Source: Chrysomallon squamiferum
Taxonomy: Eukaryota; Animalia; Mollusca
Length of the DNA: 64,000 bases
Reading direction: 5' to 3'
Assembly (NCBI GenBank): GCA_012295275.1
Contig: CM022672.1
Coordinates: 13,764,001 to 13,828,000 of the forward strand
This document shows positions 1 through 13,255 of the stretch, in pieces (positions within the stretch are counted from its first letter, which is position 1; every line of letters begins with the position of its first letter). Both the position numbers and the translations under genes were made by a program. Under the pieces are notes generated by a model. That model was not told the origin of the DNA. It saw only the letters and a program-made list of their open reading frames with translations, and made no database searches.

Positions 1-1640
1 TGGCACTCAGCGTGCGAGAAGTTGACATTATTAAGCTGTTGTTGCGGTATGGTGCTGATGTCAATCTTCCAGATTTTAAACATTACTCACCACTTCATCG
101 TTCACAAGTGTTGGGAAGTAAGTGGACATATTGCTGCAACAAATTTGTTTTTAAAATATGTTTGTCAGTGACGCTCTTAATATGAGATAAATATATTAAT
201 TTGTATTTTCAAGCTTCTTGATAATTTGACCCCTTTTTGTCAATAAATGATACATCAGTATGTTCTGTTTAACTCTCTCTTTCTTTCTTTCTCTTACTTC
301 CCTCATATAAATTATAATGGACTGATAATTTGTTTTCTGCCTTCTTTAAATAATAAACAGTAAACACTCTTTACTAAACAGTAGTCTCAATTGTTTTTAA
401 GTTTTTTTTAATTTTCATTAGTTAAATATCTTTTTGTTTTTGTTTTTTTTATGTTCAGAAAATGAAAATGTGAAGGAACAGATTACAGAGTTGCTGTTAC
501 AGGCAGGAGCCCGAGTTAATGCCAGGGACCATCAGGGAGCTATTCCCTTAAGCAGAAACATCTTCACTAGTGTGCTGATAAACAGACCAAGTATCAGGGG
601 CTGTCTCCAGCTTTTAGTGGAGGCAGGGTCTCTTCTCCAGCCTGACACAGAGTACAACAGGTGATTAATATCAGATGCAGCTAATAAAACTATTTCTGCT
701 ATAAAACATGAAAACTGTATTGTGAGTAAAGCATTGATTAAATTACAGAATTAAGTACTAGGGTTGACATTAAAACTTTCTAGAATGTTGGATAGAGTGT
801 TATTTCCTGCACAGTTTGTGAAAAAGGATTAATAAAAACCTTTTTACAATGCATTTTGTATTTTGTTCCTCACTGATTTAATATTTTTCTCTAGGAGAAT
901 TGAATTATTTAGTTATTTAAAATTTGATAACATCTCTTAAATGACTGGCCCAGACTTTACTCTGCCTTTAGAGATTTCTGTAGATCTATACAGATAATGT
1001 GTGTTTATTATATGATATCTCATTATAGATTTGTAAACAGTCTTTATTTCATGAACATTACTGTTTTCATTTCCTTTCACGAAATCACACTATGGCGTGT
1101 CTTGAAAAAAACTTTCCATAAAAGCTATTACCAAATCTTTATTTATATATATATTTTTTCATTTATATCACTATGTCACATATTGAAGCTGTTTTTTCTG
1201 TTTCACTAACGCACTGTTTCAGGAAACATCCTTGAAGAAATCCGAAATTCAGGGATGTGTTAAGTGTTCAGTTATTTAATTTCAGAAATTCTCCTCTGTA
1301 CTGGTTGTGTTCTAGTGGTTACCTGACTGAGGCACACTACCTGGTCCAGGCTGGCTGGGACCTGCAGTACGAACCTTGGATGACAATGGCAGGCAAAACA
1401 CCGCAGCAAACAAGACTACACCAGTGGTTTGTGATGATGTCGCGCACAGTCAAACCCTTGCAACATTACTGTCGTACAAAAATTCGGAGCCATCTGCGAG
1501 AATTACGACAAGACAGGGAAATCGTTTCGTCCATTCAGTCATTACCCGTGCCAGATAAAGTGAAGCAGTTTCTGTGTCTTAGGGACTGTCACTTTGTTGA
1601 AGATGTTTTTGCAGACAAAAAAGACACCCAAGGAGATTAG
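1..1640 (+). CDS. Ankyrin repeat and SOCS box protein (ASB family), 5'-partial; exons <1-117, 459-660, 1286-1640
   Basis: Three phase-compatible GT-AG exons. They encode ankyrin motifs (IIKLLLRYGADVNLPDFKHYSPLH; ITELLLQAGARVNARDHQGAIPL; NSPLYWLCSSGYLTEAHYLVQAG) and a C-terminal SOCS box (PLQHYCRTKIRSHL...IQSLPVPDKVKQFL). Stop TAG at 1638-1640. Subfamily not assignable. Confidence 0.9.
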
Positions 1641-4089
1641 TAAAATGTTGTTAAACTTCTACATTCCTTATATTCCTGTCTATATATGTTTATTCATGAC
1701 TATATGAAAATAAGTGCTTGCCAAAAATATATGTATTATAATTATAATAAAGGAAATGGATGTGGTAAAATAAATGCTTGTGATAAAGACTCAAAACTCT
1801 TGCAGTTAAGCTAAATCAGTGACACTAAAAGTGCTCTTAGGTGAAAAATAATCAAAATTATGAAGTGAAACAAAACAGAACTGTGACAAAATAAATGTTT
1901 TGAAAAAATATAGAACATTTTAATAGGTAATTGCAGTTTATGCCAATAACAATAACAAACAGTGCCATAGAGAAAAAAATTGTGTAAATATAAATGACAT
2001 AGTTCACTGTAGTCACTGTAGCACTAATTATGTTTTGTGTTCACAATCCATAAAATTAAATTAGACATGATAAATTATGTAATGGCCTCTTTAAATAACA
2101 AAGATTTGTTACTGATGTATATCTAAACATAATATAATTTGTTTGATCTCCATTTATTTGTTAGTTTGATGCCAACAACTTATTTTATTATATTTATATA
2201 TAATAAATATATATTTATCTGTCAGAATTCTATAAACAGTGGGTGTTTGTTTTCATTACTGTTGCAATGATTTTTTTTTACCAAACCACATTGTCACAAA
2301 AACTGAAATCATATATAAATGCAATATTTACTAGTTTCATAAACAGAATTAAATTTAGTTTAAAAATCCTTCCAAAACCAACAACAACAGAAGCTGATAA
2401 CAGATTTGTAGTGCTGTGCTGAATTCAGGTGTGTTTAAAGAAATCAAACAATTTTTTATATTGATATAACTTTATAGAAACCAGTATTGCTTAATGAAAA
2501 AACCCAAGAAATATCCTTGCAAAATTATATTAACAAAATTGTATTAAGAAGTCGTAATATTTAAATATTTTATGTCAAGACTTGGTCATAATAGGTTTTA
2601 TTAGAACCACCAACACCTGTCTTTCAGTAATCATTTGTGTATATGTGTGTGTGTGTGTGTATACATATATTTATATATGCCACTATTTATTTGTTAAATA
2701 AAACAAAATTCATTCCAAAAATGATTGTTATTATTATTATTTAACTGATTGTGAGCCTTATTTGGCAGATGATAATATTTTGAATTTTTTTTTTACTGAA
2801 TTTAGCTTTTTTTAGCAATAAAATTTTGTATCCAGTAGCACTATTCCCAATCTAACCAGTATTTAATTTATACCCAGTTTATAAAAGGAACTGGTTTATA
2901 ACAGGCATTTCTGTTTGGGCAGTATTTTGTCAGTGTCATGTTGTGTTAAAGAAAACGTAAATTATTTATTTTTGTCAATTATAAATGGCCATAATGGTTG
3001 AATATTTTGTTATTGAGAGACTGCTGCCAAAACTTCGTCCAGTGTTTAATCACCTCATTTAAAAAAAAAAAAAAAAAAAAAAATAATAATAATAATAATA
3101 ATACAGAAAAGAGCTTTCACTATTTTGTTAAGAGAACAAAAATTTGCATTATAAATTAATTTGTCAATATTAGGTTTTATTAAATGTTTTTTGTGCACTA
3201 TATAACTAGAATTCTTCACCAGAAAATATTTTAAAATAACATAATGATATATATGTTTATATATATAAACAAATGTATTTCGTATCTACACTTTTGCAAT
3301 GCAGTTAACAAAACAGTAAACAACCACATACTTTAAAGTATTTTAAAATATTTTATTCTTAAAAGTTTATCAACCATAAAAATAAATAAATAATAATTTT
3401 GAAAGATGTAAGTAAAATACTATATTAAATCAATTAAAAATCAAATAAGTTAATAAATTAAAATAACAATTTAAAAATCAACAAATAAAAAAAAAAAAAA
3501 AAATAAAAAAATCAGCAAAGGTAATAAGTTAACCATAATCTAAAATGTACATTGACAGTAAAGGTGAATATGAAATATTTTAAAATTATATCTAAGAATA
3601 TAGAATTATATAACAAATAAATGAAATATATGTATAACAAAAAACTGAATATTAAGTTGCGACACATTTCTTATTGGAATCATTATAATGTTTTTAATAT
3701 ATTATGTATAATCTTGAAAGAAATGTGTCTCTGCCATTTACTAGCAAGAAAATATTTTTTACGTGCACTTCCCCAAGGGCATAACAGACACTGGAATAAA
3801 CAGATGATGGAGTATCAGCAAGAATGGGAAATGTTCCAATAGGAGCACTAATTTTCAGAAAAAGGAAATCTTTTGATAAATTTGTTTATTTCTTTAGATT
3901 AGTCATAAAATAAACAATATGAATTAAAAAAAAAAAAAAAAAAAAAAAAAATAGAGAGATTTTTAAACATAAAAATATATATAAAATAAAATGCACTAAA
4001 ATAAAATAAACAAATAAAAATAAAAACCTTCCCCCAAAACTTAAGACATTCTTAAAATTCATATGTATGTATTGAAAGGTATATTAATA

Positions 4090-4125
<36 letters not shown>

Positions 4126-4290
4126 ACATATGGAGATTTTATATTTTGGTTATTATACTTTTAACATATTTTAATATATACAGTTTATGTAACATATTCA
4201 GTTCAGATAACTAGATGAACTGTATGTTCAGATGTCTGCATTTTCCTTTTTTTTTCTCCATTGCTTGACAGACAGCCATCTTGTTCCAAG

Positions 4291-4419
4291 TTACAAGAAT
4301 CTGAGCAGTGTTATCAAACACAGAAGTAACAGCGATAATCTGAGGCAAACTGAAAACAACAACATTTATCATAGTTTTATAATCATATACATAGAAATAT
4401 TTTGAAATAACAATAATAA

Positions 4420-4471
<52 letters not shown>

Positions 4472-5331
4472 TAGGCTTGAAAGAAAATTAATGAAGAGGA
4501 TAAAAATCGGCTGATGTTTCCAAGAACGTTTTTGGGGCAAAGTTCATAAATATAAAACAAAGAAACACAACAATAACAAGTTTAATTCAAAGTTGATAAT
4601 TTATAGAATATTTATTATGAATCTTATTTTGAAACAAAAGCTGAAGTTGAAAATGACTAATGATAAACTTTTAATGATGTACAATAAACAGCTCTCCACA
4701 CTAATTTTTAGAAAAACTGTTGCGTCTTATATTAAAATATAAATCTGTAATAAAACTGACATAAAAAAGATTCATTTTGCATAATTCCAGAAACAGAAAA
4801 CATAGGTAGACAGACAATGAACATTACTGGAGATGACGAATCGTTGGCGATTTCAATGAAATCCTAGGTCTCATAGATAATGACGTCAACAATGAAATGA
4901 CGTGACTCCAATAACTTTCCGATTTGGATTACTCAGAATTCTTTTTGCTCGGAACTGTTAACTGACCTCATTCATTTTTGGATATCCAGTGAGTATAGTG
5001 AAACTAATTTTATACAACGTGCACAACTGGTAGATTTTCAGGTTTTGAAGCGATATTCTTACAAGTTTTAGAGACGTTACAATATTCTTCCCTGGAATTT
5101 AATGTACAAACTTGGCATTCAGGTTATTTGATAAAACTTGGTATACAACTGTGTTAAAATGTAGATTCCGATCTCTTGTTTTAGTGAACAACCTAAAGAT
5201 TTTTTTTATTATTATTATTATTATTTTTTTTTGATGTTTTTATTTACGTTTTAACGTTTACAGTTAATAGTATATAAAAAAATAAATAAAACCAATGCTA
5301 CTACTAATATTATTGTACATACATATTAGCC

Positions 5332-5398
<67 letters not shown>

Positions 5399-6252
5399 TG
5401 TTAATACATGTAACTGTTTGTAACTGAATTATGTACGCATATGTTTACTTTTTTATGTATGAATTATTCACAATAGTTACAGAACATATATCAATATTTG
5501 TATTTCAAGTACATTATATTATGAGTTGTCCACATAATTATTACCTTTTGTATGATGTTTCAGCGTGATTAATATGACCCGGTAAAAAAGGGACGCAACT
5601 ACATTTTTTACGAGACGCTCAAGTGGTGTATTTCGATTGAAAGGTGAATAGTTATGTATAACAAATCAATTCATAGCGTACGAATCTTACTACACCTCGC
5701 TTTAATACCACTCCAGTCTGACATTTTTATTATTTTTATTTTTATTTATTTATTTATTTTTTTAAAATTTTATTTTATGAAGTAAACCCCCTGCCCTTCA
5801 ATGACACTCTGCGTTAATTATTGAGAAAATCGGAAAATTCAAAAATTCATTGATTGGATATTTAATTAGATCCCTAAATTATCTTAAAGCAGGTTGAAAA
5901 AAAAAAAAATAAATAAATAAAATAAAATAAAATAAAATATTAAAAAACGACGGACAATAATTTGTGTGTTACATTTCGACCAGTTTATTTAGAAAACGAC
6001 GCACCACGGCGCTTAGTTTTTCAAAATTCAAAATGGCGCGTCGCAAGTTACTAGTCATCGTCTCTATAGTATGTGGTTAAATTAACGATGATCTCTCTCA
6101 GAAATGAAATCAGAGTTGATTTAATGCTTAAATTGTTTACTGTCATATACATAAGGAATGATGGAATAATGATGAAGATGATAATGATGATGATAATAAT
6201 AACAGCAACAACATCAACAATAATAATTATTATTATCATTATTATCGTTATC

Positions 6253-6294
<42 letters not shown>

Positions 6295-6669
6295 TTATAT
6301 GTATCATCCCACAGACAGGACAGTGCATACAACGACACCAGCTGTAGAGCACTGGTTTAATAAGAAAGTTACATAAATAATATATACAGGTATCGAACCA
6401 ATTTTCCGGACTCCTTGGGGCCTAAGGCATTCTGGATTTCTGGAACCAGGGCATCTATATACGTAAGTAATTAGGCATAAACATTTTAAAATTAAAAATC
6501 ATAAAGAACTGACGATACACAACTGTGGCGACTCGACACGTAAACAATGCGGCGAGTGAATGAACGCCACGCGGCTTGAAAGAGTAGTTCCGGTCTGGTG
6601 AGGACAACACCCGCGCACGCCAACTATGAAAATAGCGTCGGGGAAAAACTTCCGGTTTTCTGGTCTTTC

Positions 6670-6720
<51 letters not shown>

Positions 6721-7986
6721 AAATTACACTACGTAAATATAAATATTTAACATTATACAAGCTAAACACCTACCAGATCCAGAAATGTATGGTATAAATA
6801 TACCAAAAGGTGACTTGTCCTCTGATTTTAAGATGATTTCAAAGTGCTGTTTAAGTGATGTTGAATTTTCACCTAAAATATAAAGTAAATGTAACTGAAA
6901 CCATATTTTACACTCTATACACTATATAGTATATATATTCCAATATCAATAAATTTGTTAACATGCACTTTTTTCTTCTTTTTTTTTATCAATGACAACG
7001 AGAAATCAGAACAGAAAATACTTGTAATTATTTATTATTATTATTATTATTATTTTTAATATATATATATATAGTTTCATATTATGATAGCGTTCAATTT
7101 GAAATTACCTGAAAAATATACTTCTAAAGACAAGCGCTCGTTTTTAGAATCATTGATTATGATGGCGATATTCCAAACTCCAGTGTTCAAAGCTTTGGAG
7201 TACTGGTGAATAATGGCATGTCTGAAACAAACATTTCAATATAAATCACAGAAAAACTAAAATAATTTATTCCGGCACCGACACTTTTTAAAAAAAAAAT
7301 GACGTTTAGATTTTATTCGATACAATAATTTTTTATTTTTGTATTGACAATTACATGTTTTATACATAAACGAACTAAATATATACTTCAAGAGTTTTTG
7401 TTTAGCTTATCTACGAAATGCCGAAGCTTCATGTCCCTCCCATTAAATTCTTTAATGACCATCAATGTACTTTAACTAATTACAGATGTTGCAAGTCCTG
7501 AGTACTATTAATAATAATGAGATGATGATGATGATGATAATGATAAATACAGAAATACAGAAATTATAAACAACAACAAAATGTAAATTATCTATGAAAA
7601 TTCTGAAGCCATTTACAAAAATGGACTCTCGTCCTTTTAAATAAATAAATAAACATGGTCGTATAAAAGCATAAATAATTAGAAGGAAATAATAATAAAT
7701 AAATGAACACATAAAAAAAACCCAATATAAAATAAATAAATAAATAAAATAAAATAAAATAAAGTAAAAACTAATAATTATAATCAAACAGTTATAACGT
7801 TATTACTTGTTTACTGTTTTTGGTTTCTTGATGGTGATGTTCACAACTGGTAGATTTATTGGTTCAATGTCGGCACAAGCAAGTCTTCCTGGTCCCCTTT
7901 CAGGAACGTGAATCACAAATGAGCGTCCCAGAACTGAAACCATTACATTACAATAGTCTGTGACAGCACGAGTTGTATATTTTATT

Positions 7987-8031
<45 letters not shown>

Positions 8032-8291
8032 TTTTAATGGTATGTCTTTTTTTTGTTATTGTTATTGTCATAGTTGTTGTTATTATTATTAAGATGCTAC
8101 TACTACTACTACTACTACTATTACTACTACGACTGCTACTATTATTATTGTTACTACTGCTGTTCAATTACTACTATTATTACTTCTACTACTAAAAAAA
8201 CCCCAAAACACCCTTTCCTTCAAAAGAACTACTATAATAGTCTTTTGAAACCAGACAAAACTTAAAACAAAAACTAAAAAAAATAGTAATA

Positions 8292-8341
<50 letters not shown>

Positions 8342-8784
8342 CAACAACAACAATAATAATAATAATAATAATAATAATAATCATAAACATACAAATAAAT
8401 AAATAAATAAATAAATATTATTTATAAAAAAAAATGTATATATTTTATCGGTCGCTGCTGTTTATATAAAAAAAATAATAATAATAAAAAAATAAATAAA
8501 TAAATTAATAAAAATTGTTACGAAATATAATGGTGAAATATAACTCTGATATAACAAACCGGAGTATGGACCGGTCAGCGGAACGTCAATGTCCGTGAAC
8601 ATTCGTTTGCCTCCGCCGACGTCGTATGTCCCAAGCTTATTTGCCTGGTCTCCGAGTTCACATCGCAGTGGGTTCCTTTTCGAACACTTACCATAACCAG
8701 TCTGAATTAGTAATAATAATAAAAATAATAATAAAATAATCTAATATTTAGATTATGATAATGTTATTAACTTTAATTGTTATG

Positions 8785-8834
<50 letters not shown>

Positions 8835-11800
8835 TGAGCGAGAGAAAGAGAGAAAGAGAGAGTTAATTATAGTATAATTTTTTTTATTTTGTTTTATTAA
8901 TATTGCTATCGTCATCACAATCATCATTAAATTTGTTTTGATGATTTATTTATTAATTACTTTATATGATATTGCCAGACTACGTTTATCTAATTGTAAA
9001 TAACGTAACAAAGAAAATGTAATGAAATTATCGTTATGATTATGTTATAATTATTTCTATTTTATTTTTATTTAGCTCGTCCTTATTAAAAGAAAAAAAA
9101 AAAAGAATCCCCAAAACAACAGCACAGCAAGAACAAAAACACACAAAAAACCCCATAAAAAACCCATAAAAAAATAAGCAAGAAAAAACAACAACCCAAA
9201 AACCCCAAACAACAACAACAAAACAAGCAAAAAATAAATAAATAAATAAATAACCAAACTCTGAAAACAACAACTTCAAACTTTTACCCAGTTATCACAT
9301 TTATTTGGCTCAGACGACGGCAGCTTTGGTCAGATGAACGTCCTAGCTGCGTTGGTTTTTATAAAATCTTACCTTCTTGTTGACCATGTACGGGTTGTAA
9401 TGTGGACCTGCACTGCTGCATGTTTTACCAGTCGCCTTGCCATCTCCAGAAACTGGATTTTCGTGAATGTGCCAGTTGTGATTGAGAGTCTTAAAAAAAA
9501 AGAAAAAAAAAAAAAAAGAATATATATATATAGACACACGCAGTTAAACACTTTACCTTATTTTTGTATATTTTTGTATGTAGGATAGCTCTCATTATTA
9601 ATGACTTTTTATGATTTAAAATATATATTTATAATATTTAGTTCGAGTATAAACTAAATATTCAAGATTTGTCTGTTTGTCTATCCATCCATCCATACAT
9701 ATAATCTATCTCTGTCTGTCTCTCTGACTGCCTGCCTGGCTGTTTATATAAAGAAACAAACAAATAATATTTACCTTGGTTTTACCATCGGGGTAACGGA
9801 CGTCCATTAGTATGCTTGTGTCACTGTAAGATCCGTCGGGATAGACATACTGACCCTACAACAAACAACATAATCAAAATGTACCAGTGTCCAGAAGTTC
9901 AGCATTAAGACGTTGCTTACTACAGCTAAAGGCCATGAGATGAGGTTAATTCTGAAGACGTTTTTCTGATAATTCGTAACTCGTTTATTCATCTGAAGCA
10001 TACGCAGTAATCCAAGAAAACTGAAGTTCTTTATGCATTTACATATCAGGAAAAGCATCCGTAGATTGTCAGTTAATGTTATGTAGTAAAATGACAATAG
10101 TTTATAATATCTTACCAGACGTATGTATCCTGAAAGTGTTGTGTTCGAAGTGGAAAACGTCGCCAGTGCTTGTACGTACGATCCGCCAGTAACGACGACG
10201 TCTTCGACAATTGAGCCACACACCCACCGCGAAGCAGTAGCGTCATCCTTGTGGATCACGACAGACCGTCCGACGACACTGTTCAAGCCAAACAGGTTGA
10301 GATTAGAATCCACAGTTTTCTTAACATACGCCAGTTTGTTGGAGATAAGCCCGAACTTTCCGCTGAGGTCGCCCACCTCGTATTTGTCATTGGTGCCGGT
10401 CGCGGGCGGCGGACTTTTTTTGATGTCGACTTCGAAAGGGTTAAAATGGCCACCGACGGACTCGCTGTCGCACGGACTCTTCACGTTAGTTCCCGAAGGA
10501 ACCGGAAACAGATGGACGTGATATTTGGCCGCTTTGTTACTTAGATTTTTCATATTGATGTCGAGGTCGGTAAACTGGCGAATCACACCTGACGTCTGTG
10601 AGAATTTTATATAACCCGTCACGTGATCTGACCAAGAGTTCACTTTGGCGACCCGGGTCCTGATTTCCTTGATGTTGGCGCAAGCTATTGCGGCGCCAGA
10701 CAAAGAGTTCGGGTCGTAAATGACAACAGATTTACCGATAACGCTGTGTGCTCCTTGCAACTGAAGATTTTCGTCCACGAATGTGAACTTCTTGAGGGCT
10801 GCGTTTCCACCTGTCCGATTGAGGCTGCTTGTTAACTTTCTGGTCAGGTCGCCCACCTGACATATCTGCTGGTTCTGCGGGCCACACTGGCTGGCATACT
10901 GATTTCCAGTTACAACATTATTGGGATTGTAAGTACTTTGCGTTGACTTACATCGATCTTTGACGTTGTCAGAAAGGCTGTCCTGCTGAGCAGGTGAGCT
11001 GTTTATTGTCCAGTTGGCGATGATCAGTTCAGGATGATCCACGCCGTCCGTGTAGTCCAGGGACACGAAGACGGACGTGTCGCCAGACTCGTCGCCTCTG
11101 ATCTGACTCAGCAAGACGTGACCACTGACTGGATATTTGAACGTGGCCACCGCGGTTATCATCGCCGCTGTTTCTACTATGTTTGAGCAGACCCACCTGG
11201 ATCCATTTGTAAAATGGATGACCACTGATTTACCTTGGATGCTGTTAGGTCCGAACATTGGCAGGTTACTGTCCCAAAATGTTTCTGACAGAAAGCTTTT
11301 CCCCCTTAACAAACCAAATTTACCGCTGATGTCGCCTACCTCGAATCTGTCCATAGACTCGGTCTTGGGAAAAACTTTCTTTGTAATTTCGAAAGGGTTG
11401 AAATGCCCTCCTACTGAAGAAGCATCACAAATGCTCTGGCTTGCTTCGGCTTTGTAAGGGACCGGGTAGTTGTGAATGTAATAGCCTACCGCTTTTTTCC
11501 GCAGGTTGGCCAGATGGACTAAGACCGCTGTATGTTGGAAAGGAGATTCTTGTTTGAATTTAATCGATCCCGAAACACCATCGTCACTAAATTTAACTAC
11601 ACTGTTTTTGCCGATTACATGTCTAATCTGCCCACATCCTATAACTTCATTGTTTGCTTTGTCCACTATTATGATAATTTTTGAAGCAATGTTAACGCCG
11701 GTATTAATGAAATGTTCGTTTCGGAATAACTTCGTTTCTTTACCTTTGTTCGACCCAACAGGAACATCGCCGAACATTTTACTTAAATCCCCAACTGCAC

Positions 11801-12594
11801 ATTGAGCATGATTAACTGTTGAACAACTTCTGCCATCATCATTGGTTGGGTTATAGCTCTGTCGACTTGTAATGTCACTGCAGGAGTTAACGCCCTCTGA
11901 AAGGATATTCCATTTATAATTCTTTATTTTTGTAGTACCAGTTACATAGAGATCAGTTAATATCTCCAAACCTTTGTCCTCGACAATATACCTGAACCAG
12001 ACCGACCCCATTATATGTGCTGCTATGTCAGCAACGTAGTACTTATAAGGGACGTTACTGATGTCCATGTTGATTGTGGCACAAGCAATGTAAATATCTG
12101 TTTGTGTCTCGACACTAAGGTAGAGGCTTCTCCCTGAAATTACAAGAGAAAAATTACAAATAAAATATACTGGCAAATGTAAACTGACCATATATACATG
12201 TTGTACTTCTGTTAGTCGTCCAGACGTTTCAGTTACAAAACGACCAGAACAAAAATTGAAAAATGTATTTTTGCCGGTAGAACTGGACAAACCTGACAAA
12301 GTTCGCGTCCACTAAGCTGTACTTCGTGGATGTAGGTTCGGGATAAGAATTAATGCTAGACTCTAAATGCTGTGAGTTGTGATAGTAAACAGGAAGATTT
12401 CAAACTGTAACAAGTTGCTGTGTATTAAAATATGTTATTACTGTGGAAGAGAGATTATTTTATCATTCTTACTTGTATATTAAATTTATTCCCTGCATAT
12501 CAGTTTGTTTCTGATTAGATTTAAGGGTAATTTAAGGAACGCTAAAGTCGAGTAGCTAAACAAATTTTTATGACTGATATACATATGGGAATGT

Positions 12595-12663
<69 letters not shown>

Positions 12664-13255
12664 ATTCAAAATATACCCAAAAGTTTCTTGACATCATCAA
12701 GTTGTATTGTCCATTGATAAGGTCGCGGTTTACGCGATCCTTCAAGGTTTCCATATCTAAATGGTTAAAAAAGGAAAGAAGCTAATATATCTATAACAAC
12801 AACAACAACAATGAAGAAGAAGAAGAAGACTGAAAACAAATAATCTCCAAAAGCCCTAATAAATAAAAAATATTTTTATTTATTTGTCTGTCTACGTACG
12901 TACGTACGTGTGTATATAAATATGAATGTACTGTACATATCAATATGTCTGTGTGTATGCAGTGCAGTCTTAAGGCCCGTTGGCACCCTATTTTAATACA
13001 TTATCATAATGATTATGCATATACGTATATACATAGATGCACGCATGCATATTACAAAAACTTTTAAATAGCTATTTCCATAAAGCAAAGTTGTAACATA
13101 ATCCTAACGGACAAAAGTTTGCACACAAGATTATGTTTAAATATTAACCTTTTTCCCGCACTTGCGCATTTGTTTTTCACTGTAAGATCTACCCAGTGAT
13201 CTCTCAGTTCCCACGTGGCATTACTAATCACTATAATTGACGTCGATCCTCGCAA
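4291..13255 (-). CDS. Multi-domain Cu-only superoxide dismutase repeat protein (CSRP/Rsod-like), six SOD-fold repeats with probable GPI signal; 5' end unresolved. Exons: >13255-13149, 12756-12677, 12133-10116, 9855-9775, 9489-9373, 8701-8560, 7933-7807, 7221-7109, 6872-6774, 4349-4291
   Basis: All nine introns are GT-AG with matching phases, giving ~980 uninterrupted codons. Repeated SOD motifs include YHVH..C..VGGHFNP..YEVGDLSGKFG..VVGRSVVIH..RWVCGSI and WHIH..C..AGPHYNP..CELGDQ..VLGRSFVIH..RLACADI. The last exon encodes a hydrophobic tail (ISGS-VCLRLSLLLLCLITLLRFL-stop). Confidence 0.88.
5332..5397. repeat. (AAT)n microsatellite; many similar tracts, e.g. near 4425, 6260, 7990, 8290, 20700-21110, 25995, 42605, 54965, 57420 and 63700
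   Basis: Direct inspection. These tracts explain the poly-I/L/N/Y ORFs in the supplied track. Confidence 0.95.
6385..6672. mobile_element. Probable truncated MITE, possibly related to the 42864-43134 element
   Basis: Begins TA-CAGG. It shares the subterminal motifs (C/T)GGATTTCTGGA and GG(T/G)TTTCTGGT, in the same order, with the 42.9-kb element. The right end is lost at a (CT)n tract. Confidence 0.4.

Noticed and set aside
2756-2765. Isolated CArG box CCTTATTTGG downstream of the ASB gene
   Set aside because: A single site in 3' flanking sequence is consistent with chance frequency.
6051-9279. Poly-Ile/Leu/Tyr/Asn, ERER, THTH and CVCV ORFs here and throughout the window
   Set aside because: They are translations of (AAT)n, (GA)n, (CA)n and similar microsatellites, not proteins.
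10123-11805. Plus-strand ORFs of 97-132 aa antisense to the SOD exon
   Set aside because: Shadow ORFs of the coding strand with no recognisable motifs.
9807-12299. 830-aa ORF as a complete intronless or horizontally acquired gene
   Set aside because: Both ends are intron read-through. The true exon is 12133-10116, with canonical splice sites and in-phase flanking exons that continue the SOD repeats. The higher GC is normal for coding sequence here.
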